Assembly: GCA_044070495.1 (NCBI GenBank)
Contig: JBIPSI010000014.1
Location: 64,001 to 128,000 of the forward strand
Length of the DNA: 64,000 nucleotides
Direction of reading: 5' to 3'
From: Spirulina sp.
GTDB lineage: Bacteria > Cyanobacteriota > Cyanobacteriia > Phormidesmidales > Phormidesmidaceae
Of this stretch, positions 39,739 through 49,600 are shown piece after piece (the first letter of the stretch is position 1; each line of letters begins with the position of its first letter). Position numbers and translations under genes: made by a program. Under the pieces are notes generated by a model that made no database searches, was not told the origin of the DNA, and was given only the letters and a program-made list of their open reading frames with translations.

Positions 39739-40434
39739 ATGAAACCCGCTCTATTACTCAGTTCTGCCCTGTTGACCCTAGGGGTAATGCTCCACGCGCC
39801 CCATACCGTTGCCCACGTTGGCCATGGCGATGAATTTCAGGCCGAGGGCGGCGTCAACCGTGTGGAGGTGAAGCCAGACACGGATTCTCTGATGGGTATT
39901 CAGGTCAACCCCATTGAGGCCGCAACGGATGACAGCGGGGCGGTGCTGATCCCCGTTACGGCCCTAGTGGATGACAACGGGCGGCAGTTGGTGTTTGTGC
40001 AGTACGAGAATTTCTATGAGCCTGTTCCGGTAACGACTGGTGCAACCCAGGGTGAACTCATTGAAGTGACTGAGGGGCTATCGGTAGGGGAGCAGCTAGT
40101 GACTCAGGGGAGTCTGTCCCTCTATGCCGAATCGCGCAAAACCCAGACCGCCGAGGCCGCACCCGCCACCGTTGATGAGGCCCACGCCCAGGCCGATGCT
40201 CAGGGTCTTCCCCACAGCCACGATGCCGCTGGCAACCTGGTGGAGTCTAGCGAAACCGCTACGCCCTCTGGTGAATTGGTCCAGGAAACCGAGACTAAAA
40301 CCTCTGGAGACTTTTCTGTAGCCCTGTTGGTAGGGGTGGGATCTGTGGCCGCTGTGGGCACTGGGACAATGGCCGTTTTGAGCAGCCGCAAGAAAAAGAG
40401 CCGATTTTCTGAAGGCACCTATTCCGAGAAGTAG
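39739..40434 (+). CDS. Minimal RND-adaptor-like (CzcB C-terminal-type) His-rich protein
   Basis: Signal peptide, then HVGHGDEF; IPVTALVD...VFVQ...IEVTEGLSVGEQLVTQG; HSHD; C-terminal TM anchor. Confidence 0.7.
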   Translation: MKPALLLSSALLTLGVMLHAPHTVAHVGHGDEFQAEGGVNRVEVKPDTDSLMGIQVNPIEAATDDSGAVLIPVTALVDDNGRQLVFVQYENFYEPVPVTTGATQGELIEVTEGLSVGEQLVTQGSLSLYAESRKTQTAEAAPATVDEAHAQADAQGLPHSHDAAGNLVESSETATPSGELVQETETKTSGDFSVALLVGVGSVAAVGTGTMAVLSSRKKKSRFSEGTYSEK

Positions 40435-40485
40435 GGAAAATTCCAGCCGTTGGGAAATGCCCTTGGGTGGCTAGGTTTCCTCGTG

Positions 40486-40580
40486 GCCCTCACCCCCAGC
40501 CCCTCTCCCAGGGATGAGAGGGGAGCTAGAACATCCTTCAAAGTCCCTCTCCCCAAGGGAGAGGGATTTAGGGTGAGGGC
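40486..40580. repeat. CCCTCACCCC...GGGTGAGGG palindromic intergenic repeat
   Basis: Nested hairpins ccctctccc..gagaggg within ccctcaccc/gggtgaggg ends. Confidence 0.65.
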
Positions 40581-40627
40581 TTCCCATATCTTGCAATCGC
40601 CAAAATTTCTTTGCAGACCTGACCGAA

Positions 40628-41857
40628 ATGTTGAATTCCCTGCTCAATCAGACGCTCAAAAATTCCATTGCTCAGCGGTGGTTTATTGTGGCAGCGGCCA
40701 TTGCGGTGACGATCTGGGGCGTGTTCACGGTGTCCCAGATGCCGCTGGATGTGTTCCCCGAATTTGCGCCGCCCCAGGTGGATATTCGCACCGAAGCCCC
40801 TGGCCTCGCCCCGGAGGAGGTGGAAACTCAAATCACCGTGCCCATCGAAAGTGTGGTGAACGGCCTACCGGGAGTCACCACCGTGCGCTCTTCCTCCAAG
40901 GTGGGGCTGTCGATGGTGAGCGTGGTGTTTGCCCCCATCTTTAGCCTCACCGGGGTGGAAGGGCGAATCTTTGCGCCCATGGGCTTGGCCTATCTGCTCT
41001 CCATCCTGGCCTCCACCCTGGTGGCGATGACCCTCTCCCCGGCCCTGTGTGCGATTCTGCTGGCGAATCAGACCTTGCCCCAGGAAGGTACGTTTGTGTC
41101 CCGCTGGGCAGAACGGCTTTACCGTCCCCTGCTGAACCTAGCCATTCGGGCACCCCAGGTCATTTTGGCCCTGGCCCTGGCGTTGCTGGTGGCGGCGATG
41201 GCGGTGGTGCCCTCCCTGGGGCGGGTGTTTTTGCCGGAATTTCAGGAAACTTCCCTCGTAAATTCGATGGTGCTGTTTCCGGGGGTTTCGCTGGACATTA
41301 CCCAGGGGGCAGGCATTGCCTTGGCGAATTCACTCCAGGACAACCCCCTCTATAAGTGGGTACAGGTGCGGGCGGGCCGTACCCCCGGCGATGCCGATGG
41401 GGCCGGGGTGAACATGGCCCATGTGGATATCGAACTCAGCGACCTGGCCCTGGAAGACCGAGAATCCAGCATTCAACAACTGCGGGAAGCCTTCTTGGCC
41501 CTGCCCGGTGTGGCCCCCAACGTGGGCGGGTTTATCTCCCACCGCATGGATGAGGTGTTGTCCGGGGTGCGGAGCGCCATCGCCATCAAAATCTTTGGCC
41601 CCGATTTGGCCGAACTGCGCCGCCTGGGCGAACAGGTACGCGACACCATCGAACCCATCGAAGGCGTGGTAGACCTCCAGCTAGAGCCGCAACTGCCCAT
41701 TCGTCAGGTGCAGATCCAGTACGACCGCACCGCCGCCGCCAGCTACGGCCTCACCATAGCAGCGATTTCTGAGGTGGTAGAAACGGCGCTGAACGGTCGC
41801 ACCGTCTCCCAAGTCCCCGAAAAAATGCCCTCAACCTACGGCCACTCAAAGCCCTAA
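40628..41857 (+). pseudogene. CzcA/CusA heavy-metal RND permease, internally deleted and 3'-truncated
   Basis: MPLDVFPEFAPPQV, APEEVETQIT; then VSVVF runs directly into APIFSLTGVEGRIF, which normally lies several hundred aa later. Homology ends at SQVPE. 409 aa versus ~1040 typical. Confidence 0.85.
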
Positions 41858-43770
41858 TTCCTCACAAAGCCGCCCACATCGGGCCGATAGCGGGCCACAA
41901 AGCCGCCCTGGCTGTCGTAGATGGCCACCTGGCGGTTGACTTGGTGGCTGAGGGTTGTCACCTGTTCAATCAATGCCTGGGTTTGGGGGGTGAGGGCTTG
42001 GGTAAAGCCAAAGGTGCCATCGGCGGCGGGGGGCGTGATGGCGCGGCGTAGGGATTCGGCGTAGGGCGTGGCCAGGGTAATTTGTACCTGGGTGGGGTCT
42101 TCGCGTACGGTGCAGGCACCACCCACCTCAGAACAGAGGGTGCCTAGGGTGGTGGTGAGGTTTTGAATGGCCACGGCACTGCGCAGCCGACCTTGGGCAT
42201 TCAGTAATGCGGGTTCGTAGGTTTCCAGCAGCAGCGCTCCTTCCTCCGCCAGGATGGTGCCCGTCGGAATTTGCTGGGCACTGGCCACCGCCCGCTGCCA
42301 GTGGTTCACCGCCAAAGACCATTGGCCCTGGGCTTCGTAGGCTGCCGCCGCCCTGGCGGATCGAATCGCTTGGTCGTAGTTGTGGGCGCTGGCGTCTTCT
42401 AGGTGGCTTTGGTTGGTGGTGCGGTTCAGGTGTTGCTGATATTCCTGCATCTGGGCCTGGGCCTGATCGTAGATCAGCGTGCCCTGGGGAATAAGGGACA
42501 GCCCCTTAATCGCCGCCTGCCATTCCTTCGCCGCCAGTTGCCAGCCCGCTAGAGAATTGGCGGTTTCCATGCGCTGCTGGGCCAACAGTCCGGTTTGTAG
42601 GGCGGTGTTAAAGTTGGCTTCGGCCTCCTCTTCGGCGGTGATGCGTCGGCCAATGGCCCTGTGGTTGGCCCGATATTCGCTGCGTTTTTTCTGGGCATAG
42701 TCGTAGGCGGGGCTGGTGTCGGACACCGTTTCCAATTGGTCAATGGCCCGCTGCCAGAGCAGATGAATGTTCACCCAGCGCTCTACAGTATGGGGTGGAT
42801 TTTGGCTGAGGTTCGCCGCCTCGGTGGCCGTCGCCTGGGCCTGAAGAATAGCCTCTACGGCCCGCAGATCCTGTCGATAGCGCTGGAGGTCGGCCTGGGC
42901 GGCGTCGTAGGCCCCCGACCAGGAAGGAATGGGCGCAAGACGATCAATGGCGTTTTGCAGATCGGTCTGAGCCACCTCCAAATCCGTCGGGCTGGGGTCG
43001 ATGGCTAGGGTGGTTGCAGCCTGTTCGTAGTGGGTCTGGGCCTCCTCCAACCGTTCGCATTGCCCCACCACGCAAGGTCGAGTCAGGGCCAGGGCAAACA
43101 GCCCGCTGCCCACCAGAATCACCCCCGCTACGCCGTAGCTCCAATAGTCGCGCAACCATTCAGATAGGGTGCCCAAAACATCGGGTTTCGGGGGGGCGGG
43201 GGCCGCTGGGGGAGCATCGTTGGGATCGCCCCACAGGGCCAGGGCCAGAGAAGGTGGATCGTCAGAATCGGTTTCGGTCGAGACGAGGTCGAGGCTGGGG
43301 CGCACTGCGGTGCGCCCGTACGGGGGATTTTGGGAAGACGAAGGATCCTGGAAATGCGAAGGATCTTGGAGATCAGGAGTCTCGGCATCGGCCCCTTCAG
43401 CGGCGGCGGGAAAGAGCATGGCGGCGGTATCGGCCAAGCGCCAGGTAAAGGTGTGCATGGCGTAGGGACGGTTGGCCGTCTTGAGCTTGAGGTAAAGCCG
43501 CACGGGAATGAGGGGCTGATCCTCCCAAGGGGAATCCCCTAGGCTGATGGTGGCTAGGGCCGTGTAGATATGTTTTTCCAATGCCTTGAACAGAGCGGCG
43601 GGGTCTTTCACCTCTGGGGCACGATGTTGCCCGACCACCAGTAGACGGCCTTGATGTTCCAAGCCGTTCACCGTTAGCCCTGGGTGGGGCGATTGGGTGC
43701 GCAGTTGGATGGCCATGGCCTGGTTGAGGCTGGCCAAGCTGGCAAGGTCGGAAACGGGGGTAGAGACCAT
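41854..43770 (-). CDS. Conserved cyanobacterial membrane-anchored helical-repeat protein
   Basis: VRLYLK...RPYA N-domain, single TM, LTRPCVVGQC, then Trp/Gln/Ala-rich TPR-like repeats. Confidence 0.65.
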   Translation of the reverse strand: MVSTPVSDLASLASLNQAMAIQLRTQSPHPGLTVNGLEHQGRLLVVGQHRAPEVKDPAALFKALEKHIYTALATISLGDSPWEDQPLIPVRLYLKLKTANRPYAMHTFTWRLADTAAMLFPAAAEGADAETPDLQDPSHFQDPSSSQNPPYGRTAVRPSLDLVSTETDSDDPPSLALALWGDPNDAPPAAPAPPKPDVLGTLSEWLRDYWSYGVAGVILVGSGLFALALTRPCVVGQCERLEEAQTHYEQAATTLAIDPSPTDLEVAQTDLQNAIDRLAPIPSWSGAYDAAQADLQRYRQDLRAVEAILQAQATATEAANLSQNPPHTVERWVNIHLLWQRAIDQLETVSDTSPAYDYAQKKRSEYRANHRAIGRRITAEEEAEANFNTALQTGLLAQQRMETANSLAGWQLAAKEWQAAIKGLSLIPQGTLIYDQAQAQMQEYQQHLNRTTNQSHLEDASAHNYDQAIRSARAAAAYEAQGQWSLAVNHWQRAVASAQQIPTGTILAEEGALLLETYEPALLNAQGRLRSAVAIQNLTTTLGTLCSEVGGACTVREDPTQVQITLATPYAESLRRAITPPAADGTFGFTQALTPQTQALIEQVTTLSHQVNRQVAIYDSQGGFVARYRPDVGGFVRN

Positions 43771-44081
43771 AGCATCACCAAAGATACAAAGGGTTAACGA
43801 ACGAACCGATTCCAAAGGCAGTTATTCCGAAGGTAGCGGTTCCTAGTCATCGCGTGGCCCCATTGACGGCATCAGTCTTCTGAGTATGCTAGTGCAAGGT
43901 CACCATTCTGGGACAATCAATTCAGCGGTTGTTAACCGGGCCAAGGCCTAATCAGTGTGCCAATGCCGACAGAACGGTGCGGACTTCCGCCGTTTGCCTG
44001 CCCTATAAGCATTGGGCACAAAACGGCACTCAGCCGCATCCTAATGAGGCAATCGCTGGGGTTAACGTTGGGGAGGGTGAC

Positions 44082-44795
44082 ATGGTGATTTTGATTGTGG
44101 AGGATGAGGCCGACATCGCTCGCCTCATTCGGCTGTATCTAGAAAAAGAAGGTTTTACCTGCGAAGTGTGCGAAGACGGCGAAACCGCCCTGCGCTACCA
44201 GCAAACCCTTCAGCCGGACCTAATTATTCTAGACGTGATGCTTCCCAAGCTGGATGGCCTGGAGGTGTGCGCCCGCATTCGCCAAGGGCCAGGGGAGAAG
44301 GATCCCTACATTCTGATGTTGACCGCCAGGGGCGAGGAACTGGATCGCATCATTGGCCTCTCCACCGGGGCCGACGATTATATGGTGAAGCCCTTCAGCC
44401 CTAGGGAACTGGTGGCCAGGGTGCGGGCCTTGCTGCGGCGTAGCTTGCGCCACGGGGCCGACTCCACCAGCCAAACCTACCAAACCGCCCACTTCACCGT
44501 CGATCTCACCCAGCGCGTAGCCCAGCGCCAGCCCCCCAATGCCCCCCCCGAAGTGCTAGACCTCACCCCCCTAGAGTTTGACCTGCTCGCTACGTTTATG
44601 AGCTATCCAGGCCGCGTGTGGAGCCGCCAACACCTGATTGAAAAACTCTGGGGGGAAGACTTCTTTGGCGACGAACGAGTGGTGGATACCCACATTGCCC
44701 GCCTACGCAAAAAAATCGAGCCAGACTCTTCTCAACCCACCCACGTTAAAACCGTCACCGGAGTCGGCTACCGCTTTGAGGACGACCCCAGTTAA
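44082..44795 (+). CDS. OmpR-family response regulator
   Basis: ILIVEDE, PDLIILDVMLP, GADDYMVKPF, wHTH VVDTHIARLRKK, TVTGVGYRF. GGAGG RBS. Confidence 0.95.
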   Translation: MVILIVEDEADIARLIRLYLEKEGFTCEVCEDGETALRYQQTLQPDLIILDVMLPKLDGLEVCARIRQGPGEKDPYILMLTARGEELDRIIGLSTGADDYMVKPFSPRELVARVRALLRRSLRHGADSTSQTYQTAHFTVDLTQRVAQRQPPNAPPEVLDLTPLEFDLLATFMSYPGRVWSRQHLIEKLWGEDFFGDERVVDTHIARLRKKIEPDSSQPTHVKTVTGVGYRFEDDPS

Positions 44796-44863
44796 CCCAT
44801 CGTCAATCCTAAACTTCTAACCTCCAACGGCAACCCCCTCAGACCACTCATCCTCCCTTCCCC

Positions 44864-45451
44864 ATGAGACGCCAAGATCAGTTTTTCAACACCATTTACA
44901 GCATCGACAAAACCACCGATGCCTATATGATCGAAGCGGCCCTCGATGACTATGGCGACATTTTTAATGAATGGGATCCAGCCCCCTTCAAGCGTCGCGA
45001 ACTCGATCCTGATCTTCAGATTTACCTAGAGGGTAGCTCCAATGAGATTTCCTTTCGCTATCCCGTAGAGTTAATTTTTAATTTACCCTCCGAGAAACGC
45101 AACGAAGTCGTCGAACAGGAAGTGCGGGTAGGATTGCGAAACAGCTTTAATTTCAAGCTCTACGTCCTTCGCAAAGAAATTAAAACCATTAACCTTCTCA
45201 CCCTACGCTATGTACTCATGGGCCTAGGCACTCTCTGGGCTGCCCAAGCCATCTCTGCCCCCGCCGAAGCCTATGCCATTACCACGGTGCTCACCGAAGG
45301 GTTATTTATTGGTGGCTGGGTATTTTTGTGGGAAGCAGTCTCGCTATTTTTCTTTTCTAACCGCGATATTTACCATCGCTATCGTACCTATCTGCGCTTG
45401 CGCGATGCCCTTGTTATTTTTCGGGAAGACATACCCGACTCTGCCCTATAG
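44864..45451 (+). CDS. Conserved hypothetical two-TM protein
   Basis: DIFNEWDPAPFKRRELDPD motif and two hydrophobic helices (EGLFIGGWVFLWEA). Confidence 0.7.
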   Translation: MRRQDQFFNTIYSIDKTTDAYMIEAALDDYGDIFNEWDPAPFKRRELDPDLQIYLEGSSNEISFRYPVELIFNLPSEKRNEVVEQEVRVGLRNSFNFKLYVLRKEIKTINLLTLRYVLMGLGTLWAAQAISAPAEAYAITTVLTEGLFIGGWVFLWEAVSLFFFSNRDIYHRYRTYLRLRDALVIFREDIPDSAL

Positions 45452-45614
45452 CCGACCCATACGTCGCCCATTTCACCGGGCCGCGCCAGCCTAGGGAATC
45501 GGGGGAAGCCAAGTAGGATTTGGTATCTGCCATGATTTAGACCATGGTCTACACTAGGGTGACGATTAATCGTGGGAAGATTAATCCTAATCTCCATGTG
45601 ATCGCAGGTGTACC

Positions 45615-47495
45615 ATGGCACATTATCAATCTTCCCGCCGGAAAGAGTCGCCTAAACCGTCCTCAACCCCTTCATCGGACTTCCTGCGATCTCGCCCCTT
45701 TGCCCCAGATAACCAAGACCAGTCCCTCGCTGTTCGCCCCGCCCCGGAAGGGCAAGCCCCCAAGTTTCCCCGATTGGTGACGTTTAATCGTCCTCAGCCC
45801 ATCCAGCCCAAGCTCACCATTGGCGCACCCAACGACCGCTACGAACAGGAAGCCGACCGCGTCGCCAGCCAGGTGGTGCAGCACATCAACGCCCCCACCA
45901 TCGGCCCAGCTACCCCTTCCCAATCCCTCCAACGGGAAGACCTGCCCGATGACGACGAACTGCAAATGAAGCCCCTGCTTCAGCGGGAGGTAGACCCCGA
46001 CGACGATGACGAACTGCAAATGAAATCGGCCCTATCTGCGGGCGTTATGGAAGGGGATGTGTCCCCCGATTTAGAATCAGCCATTCAGCACGCCAGGGGC
46101 AGCGGCCAAGCCCTCGCACCCGATTTGCAAGCTAAAATGGGCCAAGCGATGGGGGCCGACTTTAGCCAGGTGCGAGTTCATACCGATAGCCAATCCGACC
46201 AACTGAACCGATCCATTCAAGCCAAAGCCTTTACCACAGGGCAAGATATTTTCTTTCGCCAAGGTGCCTATCAGCCAGGGAACCAAGGTGGACAAGAACT
46301 GATTGCCCACGAACTAACCCATGTGGTGCAGCAGGGGGGTAATCGTGGGTCTGGATCTATGGAATCGGGACGCATCGCTCGAAAACTTAGCGTCCAGAAT
46401 ACCCAATGGGATCAGGTTCGGCAAATTTATTCCAGTGGTAAAGGTGGCGGTGGCGTTTTGATGTTTGCCGATAAGGTGGGAGACCGCCAAATTATTGTTA
46501 AGGCTGGCGTTCAGGGAGCAGAAGAAGTCGCAACAGCGACTCTCATGGCAGGCGTTAATAAAAGCAAAGACAAGTGGAACATTGGTACACCTGATGTCAG
46601 GGTTTTGCCCCCTAACGAAGCCGCGCAGGCCAGCGTACAAATGCAGAAACGCATTTTCCAAGGAACCGTGAGCCATAGTGGTGATCGCGTCAGCAAGCTT
46701 TTAATGGATATGCAAAGGGGGAATATTGGCGACATGATCGTGACCTCTATGGCCCAAGGTCAAGAACTGGGCGATATGTTAACGAATTCACAAAATCAAG
46801 ATCACATTACAACTGGTGATCAACGTCGGGTTAGCAATAAGGACAAGGTTAACGACGATAGTCCACTAAAATTATTTATGGACAATGATTTCATGAAAGC
46901 CCTGGGCCGCATGGCCGCCGTTGATATTTTCCTAGGCAACTGGGATCGTCTTGCCGATAAATTTAATCCAGAAAATTTATTTGTCAAGAAAAGTTTTACC
47001 GGCGGGGGCCAAATTACAGGCATTGATAACAGTGGTGAAATGGGAATGTTGGCGTCGCAACAGGGTGATGTCAACACTTGGTTAAATCATTCGACAGGTC
47101 TGCCACAGTTAATGGCGAATGGAGACTATATAAAAATGGCCCATATCCTCCTAGTTACGGATGATCGAGGCTATAGCGCTGGAATGTCTCCAATTTTACA
47201 AACTTTAATGGGTTCTTTGTTGGGTGTTAATACAGCCTTTGTAGACCCTTCATATGATAACAACAGTAATATTCCTCAAATTAGAACCCAAGGGGGAATG
47301 AATAATAACCCACAGGTGGTAGCCGTTCGAGATAAGTTAAACAATCATATGGTAGAAATGTCCACCTATGTGGCTCAAGGTCTTGAACAAGGCGTAAAGC
47401 GACTTAAAAACCTGCCTCCGCTAGATCTTACGAACCTATCTAACGGAGCCTTAGCGCAGCAGAACTATGATGATCGACGGAACCACTTGCCTTAG
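45615..47495 (+). CDS. DUF4157 (eCIS core) protein with C-terminal atypical kinase-like domain
   Basis: IQPKLTIGAPNDRYEQEADRVA, MGADFSQVRVHTD, AKAFTTGQDIFF, LIAHELTHVVQQ. C-terminus has GKGGGGV, IIVK, DIFLGNWDR, NPENLF and GIDN. Confidence 0.85.
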   Translation: MAHYQSSRRKESPKPSSTPSSDFLRSRPFAPDNQDQSLAVRPAPEGQAPKFPRLVTFNRPQPIQPKLTIGAPNDRYEQEADRVASQVVQHINAPTIGPATPSQSLQREDLPDDDELQMKPLLQREVDPDDDDELQMKSALSAGVMEGDVSPDLESAIQHARGSGQALAPDLQAKMGQAMGADFSQVRVHTDSQSDQLNRSIQAKAFTTGQDIFFRQGAYQPGNQGGQELIAHELTHVVQQGGNRGSGSMESGRIARKLSVQNTQWDQVRQIYSSGKGGGGVLMFADKVGDRQIIVKAGVQGAEEVATATLMAGVNKSKDKWNIGTPDVRVLPPNEAAQASVQMQKRIFQGTVSHSGDRVSKLLMDMQRGNIGDMIVTSMAQGQELGDMLTNSQNQDHITTGDQRRVSNKDKVNDDSPLKLFMDNDFMKALGRMAAVDIFLGNWDRLADKFNPENLFVKKSFTGGGQITGIDNSGEMGMLASQQGDVNTWLNHSTGLPQLMANGDYIKMAHILLVTDDRGYSAGMSPILQTLMGSLLGVNTAFVDPSYDNNSNIPQIRTQGGMNNNPQVVAVRDKLNNHMVEMSTYVAQGLEQGVKRLKNLPPLDLTNLSNGALAQQNYDDRRNHLP

Positions 47496-47655
47496 GCTAG
47501 ATCCTTATCAGTAGCAAGCCTTCTTGATTCCTAGGATGAGCCGGTAGATCGAAACAGGTACTTTTGCCGTGGTCTAGTCCACCCTGGGGGAAGTAAGCTA
47601 CACCCCAGTCCCCCTCCTTCCTAGAAGAGGGGAACTGGAAAATCTCTTGGACAAG

Positions 47656-49383
47656 CTACCCCATCAACGCCTGTTCCGCCATGTGATCTTCAGCATGGGC
47701 GACGAAGGGGTAGCGGGCTTTTCCGGTAGAATAGACCGTGGGGTGAACGCTGCTAAAGGTGAGCGCTCCGCCGGAGAGGTTGAAGACATGATCAAAGCCG
47801 CTTTGCATTAAAATTCGGGCGGCCAGATAGCCCCGGAACCCGACACGACAATAGACAAACACAGGGGAATCGGTAGGGATTTCGCTGAGCCGATCCCGTA
47901 GGGTATTGAGGGGAATGTGGAACGCGCCAGGGATGTGCCATTCTTCGTATTCTGCCTGGGTGCGGACATCGACGATAGTGCCCAGGTTGGTTTTTTCGGG
48001 GTAGTCTTCGGGGTACCAGGGCAGGTAGTCGCCGCGTAGGAGGTTGGCCCCCAAAAAGCCCGCCATATTGACGGCGTCTTTAGCGGAACCAAAGGGCGGC
48101 GCGTAGGAGAGTTCCAGGTGTTCTAGGTCGTAGACGGTGAGGCCAGCGCGAATCGCAACGGCTAGGACGTCAATGCGTTTGTCGATGCCGTCGAAGCCCA
48201 CTACCTGGGCACCGAGGAGTTTGCCATCGTCGGGGGCAAAGAGAACCTTGAGGTGCATGGCTGTGGTGCCGGGGTAGTAGGTGGCGTGGCCGGAGGGATG
48301 CAGGTACACCTTGCGGTAGGGAATGTTGGCTTGTCGCAGCATTCGTTCCGAGGCTCCGGTGCCGCCCCCGGCCATGTCGAACAGTTTGACGATGGCGGTG
48401 CCCTGGGTGGTGCTGTAGGTGGAATTTCGCCCGCAGATGTTGTCTGCGGCGATCCGCCCCTGGCGGTTGGCTGGCCCAGCGAGGGCGGCGAGCATGGGCT
48501 GTGCGGTGATAGTGTGCTCGGTTTCCACCATGTCGCCCACAGCGTAGATATCGGGATCGACAGTCCGCATATGGTGATCGGTGACCAAGCCACCCCTTGG
48601 CCCCACGGGCAACCCCGCCGCCTTGGCCAATTCCGTATTGGGGCGCACCCCCACCGCCATCACCACCAGGTCAGCGGTCAGCACTTCGCCGTTGGACAGG
48701 TTGGCTTGAATTTTGCCCTCCACATCGGTGAAGGATTCTGCTGCCGTGTCCAGGTGCAGCGTCACGCCATGGTCGGCCATGTGGTACTGCAAATCCCGCG
48801 ACATTTCAGCATCTAGGGTGGCCATAATCTGATCCATCATTTCCACCACATGCACCTTGAGGCCGCGATGCACCAGGTTTTCGGCCACTTCCACGCCAAT
48901 GTAGCCGCCACCGATCACAATCGCCCGCTGGGTATTTGGCCCCAGTTTGGCCATGATGGCGTCCATGTCGGGAATGTTCCGCAGCACAAAAATGCTGGGA
49001 TGATCAATCCCCGGCAGGCGCGGACGAATGGGCACTGCCCCCAGGGAGAGCACCAGTTTGTCGTAGGATTCGCTGTAGGTTTCGCCTGTGTCTAAGTTGC
49101 GAACCTGAACGAGTTTAGCCTCCCGGTCAATGGCGGTGACCTCGTGGCCCGTGCGCACATCCAGGTTTAAATTGCGCTTCAGCTTTTCCGGGGTTTGCAC
49201 CAGCAGCTTTTCCCGGTCGGCAATGATACCGCTGATGTGGTACGGCAAGCCGCAATTGGCGTAGGAGACATAGCGATCTCGCTCTAGCACCACAATTTCG
49301 GCGGTTTCATCCAGCCGCCGCGTCCGCGCCGCCGTCGAAGCGCCGCCCGCCACACCACCGACTACCACCAACTTCATCGCCAT
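47656..49383 (-). CDS. CoA-disulfide reductase-like flavoprotein with C-terminal rhodanese domain
   Basis: VVGGVAGGAS, SYANCGLPY redox Cys, IGGGYIG, YAVGD, SYAPPFG; rhodanese YCRVGFRG. Confidence 0.9.
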   Translation of the reverse strand: MAMKLVVVGGVAGGASTAARTRRLDETAEIVVLERDRYVSYANCGLPYHISGIIADREKLLVQTPEKLKRNLNLDVRTGHEVTAIDREAKLVQVRNLDTGETYSESYDKLVLSLGAVPIRPRLPGIDHPSIFVLRNIPDMDAIMAKLGPNTQRAIVIGGGYIGVEVAENLVHRGLKVHVVEMMDQIMATLDAEMSRDLQYHMADHGVTLHLDTAAESFTDVEGKIQANLSNGEVLTADLVVMAVGVRPNTELAKAAGLPVGPRGGLVTDHHMRTVDPDIYAVGDMVETEHTITAQPMLAALAGPANRQGRIAADNICGRNSTYSTTQGTAIVKLFDMAGGGTGASERMLRQANIPYRKVYLHPSGHATYYPGTTAMHLKVLFAPDDGKLLGAQVVGFDGIDKRIDVLAVAIRAGLTVYDLEHLELSYAPPFGSAKDAVNMAGFLGANLLRGDYLPWYPEDYPEKTNLGTIVDVRTQAEYEEWHIPGAFHIPLNTLRDRLSEIPTDSPVFVYCRVGFRGYLAARILMQSGFDHVFNLSGGALTFSSVHPTVYSTGKARYPFVAHAEDHMAEQALMG

Positions 49384-49600
49384 TGTCCTATCCTTACCGA
49401 GGGTTACACCTAGGGCTTTGCCTGGGGCCATGGAGAGCTGCCCAGCCCCTATCAACCTGGTCGATGATGGGCCAAAGCCTTACCCATCAAGCGCTTTCGG
49501 TCTGAGGTGCCCCTATTCTGCCACGAAGGTTAGCCCAAGCCGCCAAACTTTAGGATCTTCCAAGCTACGCAGCCCTTGCCCAGGGGAGATGGAGAGAGTA

